The translations under genes were made by a program, and so were the position numbers. Below, in pieces: positions 24,830 to 38,794 of a DNA stretch of 64,000 nt. Source of the DNA: Octopus bimaculoides (Eukaryota); NCBI RefSeq assembly GCF_001194135.2, contig NC_068994.1:19409584-19473583 (forward strand), in the 5' to 3' direction. The first letter of the stretch is position 1. The number at the start of each line of letters is the position of its first letter. Under the pieces are notes generated by a model. That model was not told the DNA's origin. It searched no databases and was given only the letters and a program-made list of their open reading frames with translations.

Positions 24830-25660
24830 CAGTGTGTGATGGGTAAATTGTCGCCATTTTATATTTTTAATTCTGTGCATGGGCATTGCTTGTTTTCGAT
24901 TTTGTCAACTACACAATATAATAGGGCACCATCTGTGAGAAAAACAGTATCATGATGCAATTCACTCAGCCAGAAATTTGGAAATGACATGCTGTACAGC
25001 TTAGTATTCACACCAGAAGCACCAGAGTGCTTGGGTATCAATCTGAGGACATGTACCAAGAATGATAAAAATCAAACGTCCGGCCAACATCATGGTGTTT
25101 GGAATGATCACTAGTGATGGTGATGCTATGCCTCCATTCATCTTCCCACAGACTCAGACTCAACATGGAAGCCTACATCAAGTGCCTGCAGGAGGTAGTG
25201 CTGCCCCAGGTCAGGAGGGTGGCTGCTGAAAGACCTTATGTTTGGCAACAGGACTCTGCACCATGCCACACAAGCAGGAGAACCCAGTCATGGCTATCAG
25301 ACAATTTCTGCAATCACAGTAACCGGTTTACATCTGGCCACCTAACTCCCCAGACTGCAACCCCCTTGATTATTATGTGCGGGCGCAGTTGAGTGAAAGA
25401 CCAACAAAACTCCTTGTAACACCAAAGATGAACTGAAGGCAAGGATTATAGCAACATTCACCAACTTAAACAAGGAGACCGTCCAGAAGAGCTGCAGGAG
25501 ATTCCAAAGTCATCTGAAGGCCGTGTTTGAAGCCAATGGCGATTTTATTGAATAAATTTACTCTTTAGTATTTCAAGATATCTTTATGTAATTTTGGTAA
25601 ATATATCTGTTAAAATGAGATGTCAGTGTTATTTTGACTTTTCCATAATTTAGACAACAT
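24830..25660 (+). mobile_element. DD37D (maT) Tc1/mariner element, internally deleted
   Basis: TA|CAGTGTGTGATGGGTAAATTGTC terminus. Transposase remnant WQQDSAPCH...WPPNSPDCNPLDYY. Colinear with 44685-46208 apart from one deletion. Confidence 0.85.
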
Positions 25661-26979
25661 GAAAATTTACTATAAACATTCTAAATTCTCTTAGGTTTTA
25701 CTGAGTTCAACCATTTGTAGAATGCAGTGAAAGTTACAGCTGTCAAATTCAAATGCAGGCCTTATGAAGAAACTGTACCTGCATCACTGGCAAAATTCAC
25801 CTAAATACAAACAGATCACATTGACAATTCATTAGTGTAAGCAGTAGAGGCATTGTATAAATGGAGAGTGCTTCACATGCTTACAAAACTGCATTTATAT
25901 CCACCCATGTGCCCAGGGAAAACAACTAGAAGCAACTACAGATTAACTTGCTAGAACTTAGATGCATTCACTCTTGAATAATATCTAATTAAGGAATAGT
26001 AAGCAATTTGTTTTATTTATTCCAACTGTATAAGAGAAATAAGATATTGAAATATACATTTTTTTTAAACAATTATTTTAACAGCAATTCCTTTCCTGTT
26101 ATAACAATTCCATTATCTCTTTAATCAACACTTTCGTTTTCTTTTTTTACTTTTTTTTCCACATAAAAGCAGTTGATTCTATGAATGGCATCCAGCTGAA
26201 AAATATCTGCTTCAGTTATACATGCTCTGATACATAAGATGCATAAACATTTACCACACCCATTGTGCAATCAAAACAGATATTCATTATGCTAGTGCCA
26301 TGTGTATTTGGAATCATGCCAAATAAAACTAGACAGAATTGTCTAACAAATGAAAGGAAGAAAAAAAATTTGAAGAATTGAACAATTGTCAGAATGGATG
26401 ATGATGAAAACTTAGTCTTATTTTTTTAAATAAAAAAATTTACAATATTTCTCATTCAACACATGGTTTAGCATTAAGAATAAATTGAAGTGTTACATCA
26501 ATCATGAAAAGAATTTTATAGACCCATTTGAAATTAACTTAATTATCCAAAGTATGTGCCAAAAGTTAACAATTGTGTTGATTAAAAATTGATTTCTCAC
26601 ATTGGTTCAAAGCACACTAACACACAAATTAGTAGAGAAAAAAAGGAAAAGGGGTATAATTGTTGAAATCAACCCCAGTTCATGACTGATAATTTTTACG
26701 AACCCTGGTGCAATGAAAAACAAAGTCAGACCCTGAGTATTTGAACTTAAAATACAAGAGGAGTTGGAATGAAACTACAAACTGAAAAGTAATTAACTGA
26801 AGACACTTTCTATTACAATGTTTAAGTAAGTATCTCATTCAGTCTATTGAAAATTACACTACTTGAATACAGTTGATGTTTATTTATGAACATATTTTCT
26901 TTTGGGTGTTCCATAATCCGTTGGATTTTTGTAATATTTTTGAAGAGTTTGTCTTTATGTAGTGTATATTATTATACAG

Positions 26980-27810
26980 AGTCCAACAAAGTCCACTCCT
27001 CTGCAAGCTATTCTTGAGGGAAGACAAGTAAGTTTGTGAATGTTAGCAATACACTAATAAAGTATCAACAATATGACAAAGAAAAATGTATCAGAGAAAC
27101 AGACAGTATGCTAAATACTAATACAGAAGGTCCTCACAAACATAATATAGAGAACTGATCAACTGAGATTATGCAAGCAATTAGTAGATAAAAACTCCTT
27201 CTGCAAGTGAGGAGGGTTGTTTAAAGTTAATAAGCAAGGAAGGAAACTCCAGTAAGATCAGTTTATTAAAATTTGGGGATAAGACAATGCTGACTTGAGT
27301 GATGGTTAAAGTCTCAAGTATAAAATATCAAATACTAAAATTAATGATTGACATGATATACTTTGTGTGTTGCATGTCAGCAAAACATGGTCAATAAAAT
27401 CTACAAAAACTGGATTACCTACACTCTTATATGCAAGCAAGACATGGGCTACTACACAAAGGGAAGAACATTAATTGACTATGATGCAAAGGGACATAGA
27501 AAGATCCATGCTAGGAATGTCATTGCAAAAGCGTATCAGAAATTAGGGAGTTAGGTAATTCAAGAACAGAGCAGAGTGAACAACATGTTTGCAGAATACT
27601 GAAAGCTCAAGTTCCACAGGGCCAGACATGTGACAAGTTTCACAGAGATAACAAGGGGGCCTGTGCAGTTGCTGAGTGCTATGCAAAAAATTAGAAAAGG
27701 GCCACTCAGAAGGCCTCCATGATGATGGGAAGATGATTTAGTTACATGATTTGGATCCAGATGGAGAAAAAGAATGGCACGATCAAGAAAGAATTGAAAA
27801 CACATTATGA
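26980..27810 (+). mobile_element. Highly decayed RTE-clade LINE
   Basis: Remnants of a CETWSI-like motif near 27370 and KGPLRRPP**WEDD...W near 27695-27760. Many stops and frameshifts. Confidence 0.55.
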
Positions 27811-28009
27811 CCAGCAGTGTACAACAACATCCAATAGTCTGATCAACATAGAGATATCATAGAGTAAAATCTGGAATCCAGAACAACAATTAGTCTGTAA
27901 GAGAGACCATGAAACAAACTGATAAATTCAATTGCTGTGAGGAGTGAAGAATATAATGTTCCAGACACTCACCTTTTGTTGAGAGTTAAAAAGAGAGTGA
28001 AAATGATGT

Positions 28010-28640
28010 TGCTATTTTGACTGCATGCTAGTAGATCTCTGGACCTCTTTATTTTCTCCAAAAAGTCTTCCTCTTTAGTTTCTACTCTTTCTACCATCAT
28101 TTTTTTTTCTTTCTTTCCTGACCTTTTCACTAGACTTCCATTTTAGCCTTGTTTATAGCTTTGGTTCACTATAACTTCTTTCTTCCATCCTTAACTTCCT
28201 CCTCCTGCGGTCAACTAGCAACCCCATTCACACCGCTTCTGGCTAACCTTTTTCCTCATTCCCTATATCATCATCAATGTTTCTACTAAATACTTTTTAA
28301 ATATGTTTTTAATAGCTTTTTGGATGTGCATACTCTTTGTTTCCCACTTCTTTACTCCCCCATCAACCCCTCCCTTTTTAACTTGAACACCAATTCTCTT
28401 CCTTCTGCCTAGATTGAGGAAGAGGTGGAGTGCAAGTACTTTTTTTAGTTCTGACCTCTTCCCTTTTCACGTATCTACCTCATGTGTCAGACCTCTGACC
28501 TTAAATACCTCCTTCCTTTGCTCTCGCCCCTCTCACTATATCAATCTTATTAACTAGCGTTTTTTAAACTAAACTGCTGTAAACGTCTGATCCTCACTCT
28601 TCACACAGCAATTGAATTTACCAAACCCTTCCTAAGGAAC
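28010..28640 (-). mobile_element. Decayed LINE ORF relic
   Basis: Long purine-rich minus-strand stretch resembling LINE coding sequence. No intact frame, and the family is not assigned. Confidence 0.35.
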
Positions 28641-28789
28641 TGCCTATTGAAAGAAGTCGTTAAGCTAATTATTTAAGCATCATGCTTCATAGATGAAATG
28701 ATACAAAACCTCAAGTGTATGAGTTAATAGCATTTAATAGGTATGAAATCAGTAATAGTATGCATGTTTTGTAGATGATGATGACCAGA

Positions 28790-29250
28790 AGTGGGCACCA
28801 CTAGATTGGAGCCTGGTACAGCCTCCCGGCTTGCCAATCCTCAGTCAAACCGTCCAATCCATACCAGCATGGAAAGCAAACGCTAAATGATGATGAAGTC
28901 ATCATCATCATCATCATTTAACATCCGTTTTCCATGCTGTCATGGGTTGTACAGTTGACTGAAAACTGGCAAGCTGGGGAGCTGCACCAGGTTCCAATCT
29001 GATTTGGCATGGTTTCTACAGCTGAATGCCCTTTCTAATGCCAACCACTCCCAAGAGTGTAGAGGGTGCTTGTTACGTAACACTCACATCAGCCACGACT
29101 ATGATCTCACTTGATTTGACAGGTCTTCTCAAGCACAGCATATCACCAAAGGTCTTGGTCATTTGTCACTGCTTCCATGAGCCCCAATGTTTGAAGGGTG
29201 CTTTTTTATGTGCCAGTTATGTGACACTGACATCAGCCACAATCAACTAT
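28790..29250. mobile_element. Two family C SINEs, tail to tail (+ 28790-28896, - 28900-29250)
   Basis: Arms 28803-28896 and 28908-29000 are roughly 80% reverse-complementary around a (GAT)/(ATC) junction. Confidence 0.85.
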
Positions 29251-32200
29251 TTCCAACATCATCTTCCTCAATTCAAAATATGTTAGGCAACCTATCAAAT
29301 AAAGGGTTGACTGTTGCCAAGTACTTTCTCTTTGTAAAAGAGTTCTAGTTATAGAAACTTTGATAACAGATGATGTTGGAGCCCTGAATCTTCAAAGAAA
29401 ATGATATTAATAAGAAGTATAATGACATTGCATATCAAAAGAAAATGTATAGCAGGAAATCAACATAACATGGTAGCATAGAAAATTTACTACAGAAGGT
29501 TGCAATGACAATAAGCAAGGGAGCTGAGCTTTCATATAAGTCTTACTTTAATGAAATAGAAATATGAGGGAAGTGTTTATTGATAGAAAATGCAGATTGG
29601 TTACAGGAGATTTCAAGTCACTTTATAGTTAAGAGTGTTGGAAGTCAAAATATGCATGCATTAATCAATAGTGCTACAGTTACACAGTTACAAAGCGTTA
29701 TGCTGTTGTTAGGAGAAAGTAGCTACTGTGATTTATCAGGATAAGTTATAATGTTCAAACAGAAAAACTTTTAAAAACATTGTAGTTGAAAATCACAAAA
29801 AAATGGATGACAAATTCACATATGATTTGATAGGAGAATTTGAACATTTGCATATTGATGGAATAAATTACAGATGGATCTCCTTGTATTTACAGTTGGA
29901 TCTCTTTCTTATTGTTAACAGTCACCTACAAAGTGAAGTGGAAAATATTGGAAGGGCAAGCTGAAGCAAGATGTACAACACTATAGCTGCTAAAGAATTA
30001 AAGAAATTCACGGAGATGCCAGCTCTGTTGGAAACAAAGATTTCTCTCTCCAAATAAAAATAGCTTGCATGTAGCATGTACAAGCATGATGTCACATGGT
30101 ACTTGAACTACAGCCCTTAATGCATAAAGAGATTAGAGAAAAATTAGTTGAGTGTAATCTGTGGGATATCCATTGTAAACAGTCATTGCATTCTTATGGT
30201 TACTTAATGAATCTTACTTACAAAAAAGCTGTTCTGTTTTGAAAACAGAAGTATTTTATGGCAGAGGAAGATCAAGAAAGCAATAAAGATGTGCTGTAAC
30301 CATATACAAAGATGTGTGTGAGGTCTAAGAAACAAGACGATACTAAAGCATGAAAAATGGCAATGTGTTGTAAAGTAGACCCATCCAACTCATACCAATA
30401 TGAAAAAAAAAAAAACTGGGATTGAGTAAAAGAAGAAAAGTAAACAAACATTGAAATAAGTGAGTTAACTGTGATAATCAACAAAATTGTCATATTCTTT
30501 ACAGTAAAGAGGTTGATGCTTTTATAACAACAGCATTTTTTCATATAATGAGTAGCAGCAGAAATATGATTACAAATCTATGTATGTATATGTGGATGTT
30601 ATATATGCATACATCTATGTACATATGTATGAATGAATGAATGATAGGGAGTAGTAGAACAGACAGGCTTGACCAGCTGGAAGTGTTGGCACCACTTAGA
30701 GTGACTGAGTGGAACCATTAACAGGTGATCAATGCTATCCCAGGAAACAGAAGGGACCTAATTATGAAACTAGTCAATGGCATTTGTGTCAGGCAGCTGT
30801 TTTCTCCTGTCCTCTTTTAAATTTAAAACTCTCCAAGAAGTGGTCACACTTGGACACAAATTAACTTCTACCACCAGTATAAATGTATGTAATAGACTTG
30901 TATAAATATGTAAACATTCCATTCTCTCTACTTGTCTGAGAAGGGTTATAGAAGAAATGTGAGGTAACAAAAAAAAATAATAATTGTAGAAACTTATAAA
31001 TATTTACATGGCTAAGCTTCTAAACTAAACTTTACAGCAATAGTCTGAATTTTTATTGTTACATCAGAGATGTCCTTATTCAATTCTTCATCGTTCTTTA
31101 GCAACAACAAAAACGAAAACAAAAGAGTTGAAGCCTCACACTCACTACCACTTTGATGTCTCTCCACACCACATCTCCAAAATATGATAATCAAGTATAA
31201 CAAAATATGAATCAAATAAAGCAATCAGTTAATGAACAACTTTTCAAAATTTTTAGCTGGACAGTGATAGAAACTTATCCAAATAAATTTATATTCCAAA
31301 AATTAATTCTTACATAATTTGCAGTTCTTTGATAATAACCTTTTCCAGAATTATAATCAAAGGAATTAGAAAAATGGAAATAATATATTGTCTCTTTGAG
31401 ACTATGACTAATTCTACAAACATTCTTAATATGGCAGTTTTTGAATTGAAGACTCTGTAATAACAAATACATAAACAAAACAAAAAACAGCAAGATAATC
31501 TTTTCTTAGGCACAAGGCCAATGTTAGTAGAAATGAAAAGAAAAAAGCAAATAACTAACAGCAGTTGAGGAGAAATATTTTCCTTCAGTAATTTGTTCAT
31601 AAATAAATTAAGCATTTCTTATAATGTAACTACAAAGACAGTTTAGAAATAATTATTTATCTGTTAATGACAAGAGTGAGTACCATTTATGTATTAGAGC
31701 TTTTAATATATAACTGATGTAATTTCCTTTCACAAAGTATTATATATAATATCATTTGTGCTATTCATTCAGGTTAAACTTAGGAATTAACTCTCATATG
31801 TGTATGTAGTTCTGATAACATAACTGTAAATTCTGATGAAAAATGTATAAAAAAGAAACTTTCAAGTACTTCTGCTGCAAGATAACTTCTTTCAACAGCT
31901 ATTTCATCTATCATGTAACTATATAAAAGTTAGACTATTTATCTGGATAAGAGTAGAGCTTCACAGTTGAAGAGCTGTAAATTTATAATTTTTCATTGTC
32001 GTAGCACTCTTTATTGCTCTACTTACAATAAGAATAGAAAGAAAATTAGTTGGTAGCAGAGGTGAACTGGTTGGAACTTAGCAAACGATGATTTATGATA
32101 ACAAATTTGAAGTATCTCACATGGAAATGGATAAATATGTAATCTAATGACGATTATGTAATCTAACAACTACAATGGAATCAACGGCTACAATGCTTAT

Positions 32201-35200
32201 TATTACTTATACCATTATTAAGCCATTATTACTTATAATGCTAATTCACATCCCTGCTTTGCAAAAAAGAATCACAAGATGGATTCTCCAAGCTAAGTGA
32301 GCCAGAAGTAGACAAAGAATGAGATAGCTGGATAAAATCCATAGTCTCAGAGAGTCATGCTTGGGAATCTAGCTGGAAAGCATGCCACCAGCTTCTTCTA
32401 GGACTCTACCTGACAACTGAAACCCCATGACCATCCCAAAAATAGGGAGCAGAGAAAATGGATTACCTATAAGACCACTGTAAGAATTAGATGATGTTTC
32501 AAGGCCACCATTTGTGCCTGGTAACATTAATAAAGAAAAGGTAAAGAAACAAAATATATGAGCAAAAGAGAGATTTGAACTGAGAAATTTCTGTGAAATT
32601 TATTGCAAGCAAAATTTAGAATACTAGATACTTCTAGTTAGATCTATAATTATAAGTCGATATTTAAAAGTGAGAAAAAATAACAACTAATACAGCATAA
32701 TTATAGAATTAATAATTTCAACATATTCAAAGTATGTTATATTTAGGGCAGCACATGTATACACATGCACATACACACACGCATGTGAACACACATTTTT
32801 AGATGTGTTGTTATTCTTTCATTCAGAAATGTTACTTCAGGTGTATAAAGCATTTAAGCAATAAATAAAAGAGACAAAATTTAGTTGTGTATTAAGAAAA
32901 AATGTTTGAAACCTGATTTATAGCAGAGAAATTACAGAAAAATACTAACATGTCTTTACTAATACAAAAACTTTCATACAACTAGTACTTAGTTACTAAC
33001 TGTATTGTAGTAATATTGTAGTATGAAGTAAATGAATTGACCTTTCACGATCAGCCTTTACTCTGAGTAATATCTGTTTACCTTACTGTAAAGTTGATAA
33101 CAAGCACTTCTGCAAAAGTTATAATTTGTTATTATTGTTTAGGCACAAAATGCACATGACTGATGAATGACAGACCATTTTGAGTATCCCATATATTTTT
33201 CAAAATGGTTATTTGTGATACACTATTTCTAGAAGGTCAACCAATCGCAAAGAGAATCCACTGATGGCTCAGGAAGTTCACATCTAAAGAAAGTTTTGTC
33301 ATCTCAGTGTACATGCATGCACACACACACTTTATATACATATAGTTTTACATGCAAAATGTGTTTAAACAGAGTTGAAATGCGAAAGTGCAGAGAGTCT
33401 GCTATATAATATTTCAATATTCTTTGGTAAAGGTGCTCTTAGAATATTATAGATATTCATGAATACTTAAGAGTGCTTACTATATGAAAATTTGGTCACT
33501 GGCATATTTGATGCAATAAGCCAAGAAGTTTTAAGTAAATGAAGTTAGCCTGGTAGTTTAATTATGCTTTGCTGATAAGGTCTAATACAGGTGAAACATG
33601 ACTGGTAGTGTCACTGCACAGCTAAAGATCATTTCCTACAGCAATGTATATTCAATAAAGTTTGATGAATTAAAATTCCAAGGTTATCCACCTGTTTTGT
33701 TTTTTTTTAACTAGTATTAGTCAGATAAAGATTTCTTCAGATCACTAAAGCCATAATTTTAATTAATAAAAATGTCTTGGTTTACTATGCCATGTATACT
33801 GGCACCCACTTTGCTATTAAGTTTCTATGCAGTAAGTTATTCTTTTAACATAAGTAAAAGTACTTTCATGAATGAGTCAAGTCCAGATGATGTGGCTATA
33901 GTGTTAGCAAAGGTGTGAGGAATCCAAGTGATGAAAGAATAATTAACTCTTAACTTCCTGTATAACACAGTACCACACAGGCCTGCATCAGTCAGCCAGT
34001 TGCAAAATGCATGATATCACAAGAATTGCACTAACTTAATTTACATTCATTTTGAAGGAACTGAGGAACTTTTTAATGTAAGAGAGAAAATTTTAATCTC
34101 TTCCTTTATTGTTCATTTATGTTCCTGAATGAGATGTTAGTCAATCACATATAAGTTTTCTTATAGGTCTGTTTTGTATTCCCAATAACTGGATGGATTG
34201 AGGCATAGCAAATACAAAATACCTGCAATGAATATGAATTTGTGAAACATGAGCAGATAGTCGAATACTTCATGCACCCTGTCATTTTACCTAGTGTGTG
34301 ATGGAAAGAGAGTGAAAGAGAATCTAGTGGAGCAGAGGCGAAAGAAAGAAAAAATTCAATAGAATAGTAATGAAGATAAACAGTAGTGTTTTATAGATAT
34401 GACATATTTTATTTAGAACACTTCTCTAAAATTAACAGTAAAGATATAAAATTTGGCTGTGAAATAATACAAGAATTGTTAATTCATATCCTAAGCAAAA
34501 CCACTTGGGAAAAAAATTTTACAGATTTTACTTAACTGGAAGTAAAATGCTTAAACAAACAAGAGTTTGTATAAACTTGAATAGAATAAGTTTACTGGTA
34601 TTTTGATTTTTCAAATTGCCATTATATCCAACATGGGATTTACTTATAGCATTTCAAGTAATAAACAATGTCTTAGAGTTTTTGAGAGAGGAAATGGATG
34701 TCATGATACTCGTACCTTTCCACTGACTTTAGAAATTTAAACAAAGGAAAATTGTTACAATTTGGAGCTGAAATTAGGTTGACGATTGAGCAAACCAAAA
34801 ACTTACCCATTCAATATTGATATTTGCTACACAGTGCTTTGAAATTAAAAGTATGTTTAAGTCTAAGGCTATTAGAAAATGTTTATATTAAACTTCACTT
34901 TGCTTTTAAGTGTTTTTAGACACGAGTTCTTTGTGTGTGTATATGTGAGTATGTTTTGAAAAATCTGATTAAAGTTGTAGCTTTATTGTTTGTTTTCCTA
35001 ATACCAATTTTATATGAAAACTAATTGTGGTTTTCTTGAACTTCCAAAGTGTTTTCTTTCAGTTTGTTCAGAACTTTATTACTTGAAGATGCTTTTGATG
35101 ACTTTATATTGACTTGATATTGACTTTATATTTTGTTGGACTTAAACTAAAAGGAATTCTCCAAATCTATTAATGACAAATGTTAACAATAATGTTCTTC

Positions 35201-36446
35201 CCAACTTTTGATATACATAAAAGAGTGTATATTTCTATGTTCTGAGAGACAAATAAAGAGAACATTATACATACACATACACAGATATAAATGAACATAT
35301 TTCCATGATGGAATGAAGGCATGTGTCAACGTGGGGAGCAAGCTCTCTATACACTTACAGCAAAAGGCACCCACCATAGTCACATCTGTACAAAAGAGTA
35401 TAGGTCCCTAGGAGGACTGAAAAGCTATAGGCGTAATCTTCGTGTTTAAGAGACCAATCAAGTTTAAGAGACCAATAGCATTGATTGAAATCATGTTGTA
35501 GTCATTATATGAGCTATTTGCAAATTCATATGTTCATGAGTGCCATTTTTCATATTTATGCTGTTATATTATTTTAGCTATATGTGATACAGGGGTTAGA
35601 GAAAATTCATATAATTGATATTAGTTTACCTCAGAAATTCTATGCAGCTCTTATTTTACACACACACACATTTCTCCAGGTCTCTAATTCTTTGTGTCAA
35701 ACATGTGTCTAATTATTTGTGCCAAGGTTTAAGCATTGCCAAAGAAGTAGTATCAAGGAAACAAACCCTAAAGGTGGGGTTAATATTTTAGTTCATTCTT
35801 TTTACTTATTTGCAAATATTACTAACTATTATGAAGTGAATACAATAACAAAACTGGCATTTTTTGAAAAGACAGGCAAATAATTTAATGGATTACATTA
35901 CAAAATTTTCAAACATAGAAAGAGTTTTAAAAAATGAAGGGAGGAAATGTTTTCATTTTTGTGTGTTTTTTTTTTATTTTATTTTTTTTTTACTATTTTA
36001 CATCTATTTTTAGTCAGCAATGATGGCAGGAGTGAATTTGCAAATTTTCATATTTGTATATAGATTGTAGTTTCTTTTAGCTGGATGGATTTTTTTTCAA
36101 TTGCTATCCACTGAGACAAATAGATAAGCGGAAGTATTTGGCTTTCAAATGATCACAACTCAAGGAACATAGCAAGGTGCTATGTTAAGCAGAAACAAAT
36201 GTTTTAATCATTTTTTTTTTTTTGAGCAATATTTGTAACACAATTTATAAGTTGTTTTTTCTTTTTACTAAATAGTTATAATCAAAAGTAGTATGCAAAG
36301 ATGAAAGGCAAAACAAAACCAAAATGGATTTGAACTGCAAAACAAACCACCAGTAATGTAGTAATCAGTTGTTCTTGTCTACTATACCAACTTGAATACA
36401 TTGCACCATATTCCAGTTTTCTTCAATTATTTTACTAATGACATTT

Positions 36447-36985
36447 AAGAATAGCCTGGGCAAAGTTCAGAGAGCTCTTACCTCTGCTGGTGACAAAAGG
36501 CCTCTTGCTCAGAGTAAAAGGCAGACTGTATGACGCATGCATATGAACAGCCATGCTACATGGCTGTGAAATATGGGCTGTGACTGCTGAGGAAATGCAT
36601 AAGGCGAGAATAGATGAGGATAGCTGTGTGAAAAAGTGCCACAGCCTATCGGTTGAGGGTACCTGTGGAAGAGGTAGACCCAGGAAGACCTGGGATGAGG
36701 TGGTGAAGCACGACCTTTGAACATTAGGCTTTACCAAGGCAATGACTAGTGACCGAGACCTTTGGAAATATGCTGTGCTTGAGAAGACCTGGCAAAACAA
36801 GTGAGACCATAACCTGTGGCCTTTACCAGGGGTGTAGCCAGCCCACTTATGCGTACCTTACCTTCTTTGGACACAAAACTCTGCTTGCAAAGACCTGTTG
36901 AGGCAAGTGAAATCGAATTCGAAAACAAACCAAATTCGACAACTGGCACCCATGCCAACCTTCCTTCATTGGACACTAAACTCCT
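36447..36985 (+). mobile_element. RTE-clade LINE 3' end with 3' UTR, internally deleted
   Basis: RIAWAKFRELLPLLVTKGLLLRVKGRLYDACI*TAMLHGCEIWAV, then CGRGRPRKTWDEVVKHDL...MTSDRDLWKYAV. The 3' UTR carries a repeated CTTC.TTGGACAC.AAACTC. Confidence 0.85.
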
Positions 36986-37239
36986 AATCAAAACCATTTC
37001 AACTCACTAATCTTTGTGAAAGACATGAATATTACTATTTCTTATTCCCATTCCCTTCCAAACCTTAGGTATAGTATAAAAAAAGCATCATTGCATCATT
37101 ATTGTAGTAGTAGCATATTTAATTCCATCCTTCGACATTCTGAGTCAAGTTTCCATCAATGTATCCAGGGTTGATTTGAAAATGTATGCTTTTTCCATTT
37201 AAGTACTTATGTCAGTATAAGAAACTTATGATATTTATA

Positions 37240-37590
37240 AATATCTTTATCTTTTATTTGTTTCAGTCATTTGACTATGGCTATGATGGGACACATCCTT
37301 GAAGGGTTTTAATCGAATGTATCAACACCAGGACTTATTTTCTTAAGTCTAGTACTTGTTTTATTAGTCTCTTTTGCCAAAACTAATTGTCAGGTGGTGA
37401 TAAGGGACAAACACAGACACACATATATATATATGACAGGCTTCTTTCAGTTTCTGTCAACCAAATCTACTGACAAGGCTTTGGTCAACCTGAGGTCATA
37501 GCAGAAGACACTTGACCAAGAAACCACACAATGAGACAGGACCCAGAATCATGTGGTTGGGAAGCAAGCTTCTTATAACAGTCACACCTA
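37240..37590 (-). mobile_element. Full bipartite family A SINE (head, hinge, module 2)
   Basis: Same architecture as 42245-42640 and 52325-52707. Confidence 0.85.
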
Positions 37591-37696
37591 AAACGAATAA
37601 AAATTAGACATTATACAAAGGCAGAAACAGCCTGTACTATTGGTGAGCCTACTTGTTCTGCTCAGCTCTCCCTCCTGGTTTCCTTATTGGGCTTCA

Positions 37697-37913
37697 CCCT
37701 TTAATGTTCAGACTACTCTATCAAATACAATATGTATTTATTCACATGGTTCTGAATTAATCATTCACCATCATATGGCTTTGAAATCTCAGTGATGTCT
37801 GTTTATTTTTAGAATGACATTGTAGGGTCAGTGTAAGAGGCTGGATTTGGCCAATTTGAACATAAAACAGGTAGAATATTTGGGCTTGATACAGCTGGTT
37901 TAAATGTTAAGTG
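37697..37913 (-). mobile_element. piggyBac-type MITE (about 215 bp)
   Basis: Reverse-complement homologue of 41135-41346 and 46678-46877, with degenerate TTAA flanks. Confidence 0.7.
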
Positions 37914-38617
37914 CTTCAACACTCAGTACCAAAACTAAACACATTACCTTGCCTTTAATCTCCAGAAATGTAACCTCCTGGAATTATCTCTACATATGTT
38001 TTTCTAACAGACACTGATCAACAGCAGAGGTTCAAGCTAGATATCAACCACATCAATTCCACTAGTCTGGAAGGGCCAAATTCAACTAACTTATAATTTT
38101 ATTTTTATTTTTTTAAATCACCTTACTTTTTATGTCCCATACAGAATGAGAAGTTACAACCAGCAGACACTCTTCATTCCTCATATATTGGCTTCAAATT
38201 TTGGCACAAGGCCAGCAATTTCAAGGGAGAAGTAAGTTGAGGACTGGTACTTATTTTACCAACCCCAAAAGGACAAAAGGCAAAGTTGGCCTTGGCAGAA
38301 TTTGAGCTCAGAATGTAAAGATGAAATGCTGTTTAAGTATTTTGCCTGGCATGCACACAATTCTGCCAGCTTGCTACCTTACTTCACTCTTCATATACTG
38401 ATAACTGTTTTATCTAGTTTACATAGATAAAAATCATCTTTGATGATATCTGAACACAGAACTGCGAGTCAACTAAATGTATGTAACAAAACATTTAATC
38501 CAGGCATATATGTCTCTTAAATTACCTTTAACTCAACTAGAACACACCAAATTCTCTTTTTGTTAAGTGAATAATCAATAGTTCACACGATAATCAAATT
38601 GTGCAATATATATATAT

Positions 38618-38794
38618 NNNNNNNNNNNNNNNNNNNNNNNNNNNNNNNNNNNNNNNNNNNNNNNNNNNNNNNNNNNNNNNNNNNNNNNNNNNNNNNNNNN
38701 NNNNNNNNNNNNNNNNNNNNNNNNNNNNNNNNNNNNNNNNNNNNNNNNNNNNNNNNNNNNNNNNNNNNNNNNNNNNNNNNNNNNNNNNNNNNNN
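38618..38794. other. Assembly gap next to (TA)n
   Basis: N run. Confidence 1.

Noticed and set aside
26980-27027. Plus-strand 48-nt exon (ACAG|...CAA|GTAAGT; SPTKSTPLQAILEGRQ)
   Set aside because: The splice signals are good, but the read-through LQAIL...VSL*M resembles the post-YADD region of the RTE relic that continues downstream.
31832-31865. Hammerhead-like CTGATGA...GAAA cores (also 5648, 12209, 40485)
   Set aside because: There is no pairing stem II or flanking stems.
33087-33109. Minus-strand 23-nt micro-exon (EVLVINFT) with strong sites
   Set aside because: There is no partner exon or homology, and such site pairs are expected by chance in AT-rich DNA.
34716-34826. Two adjacent minus-strand exon candidates (52 nt and 20 nt)
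   Set aside because: They are only 39 nt apart with incompatible phases and give no recognisable peptide.
35446-35480. Short tandem duplications (also 5598-5623, 46520-46575, 61045-61078)
   Set aside because: These are ordinary slippage duplications of 13-23 bp with no further structure.
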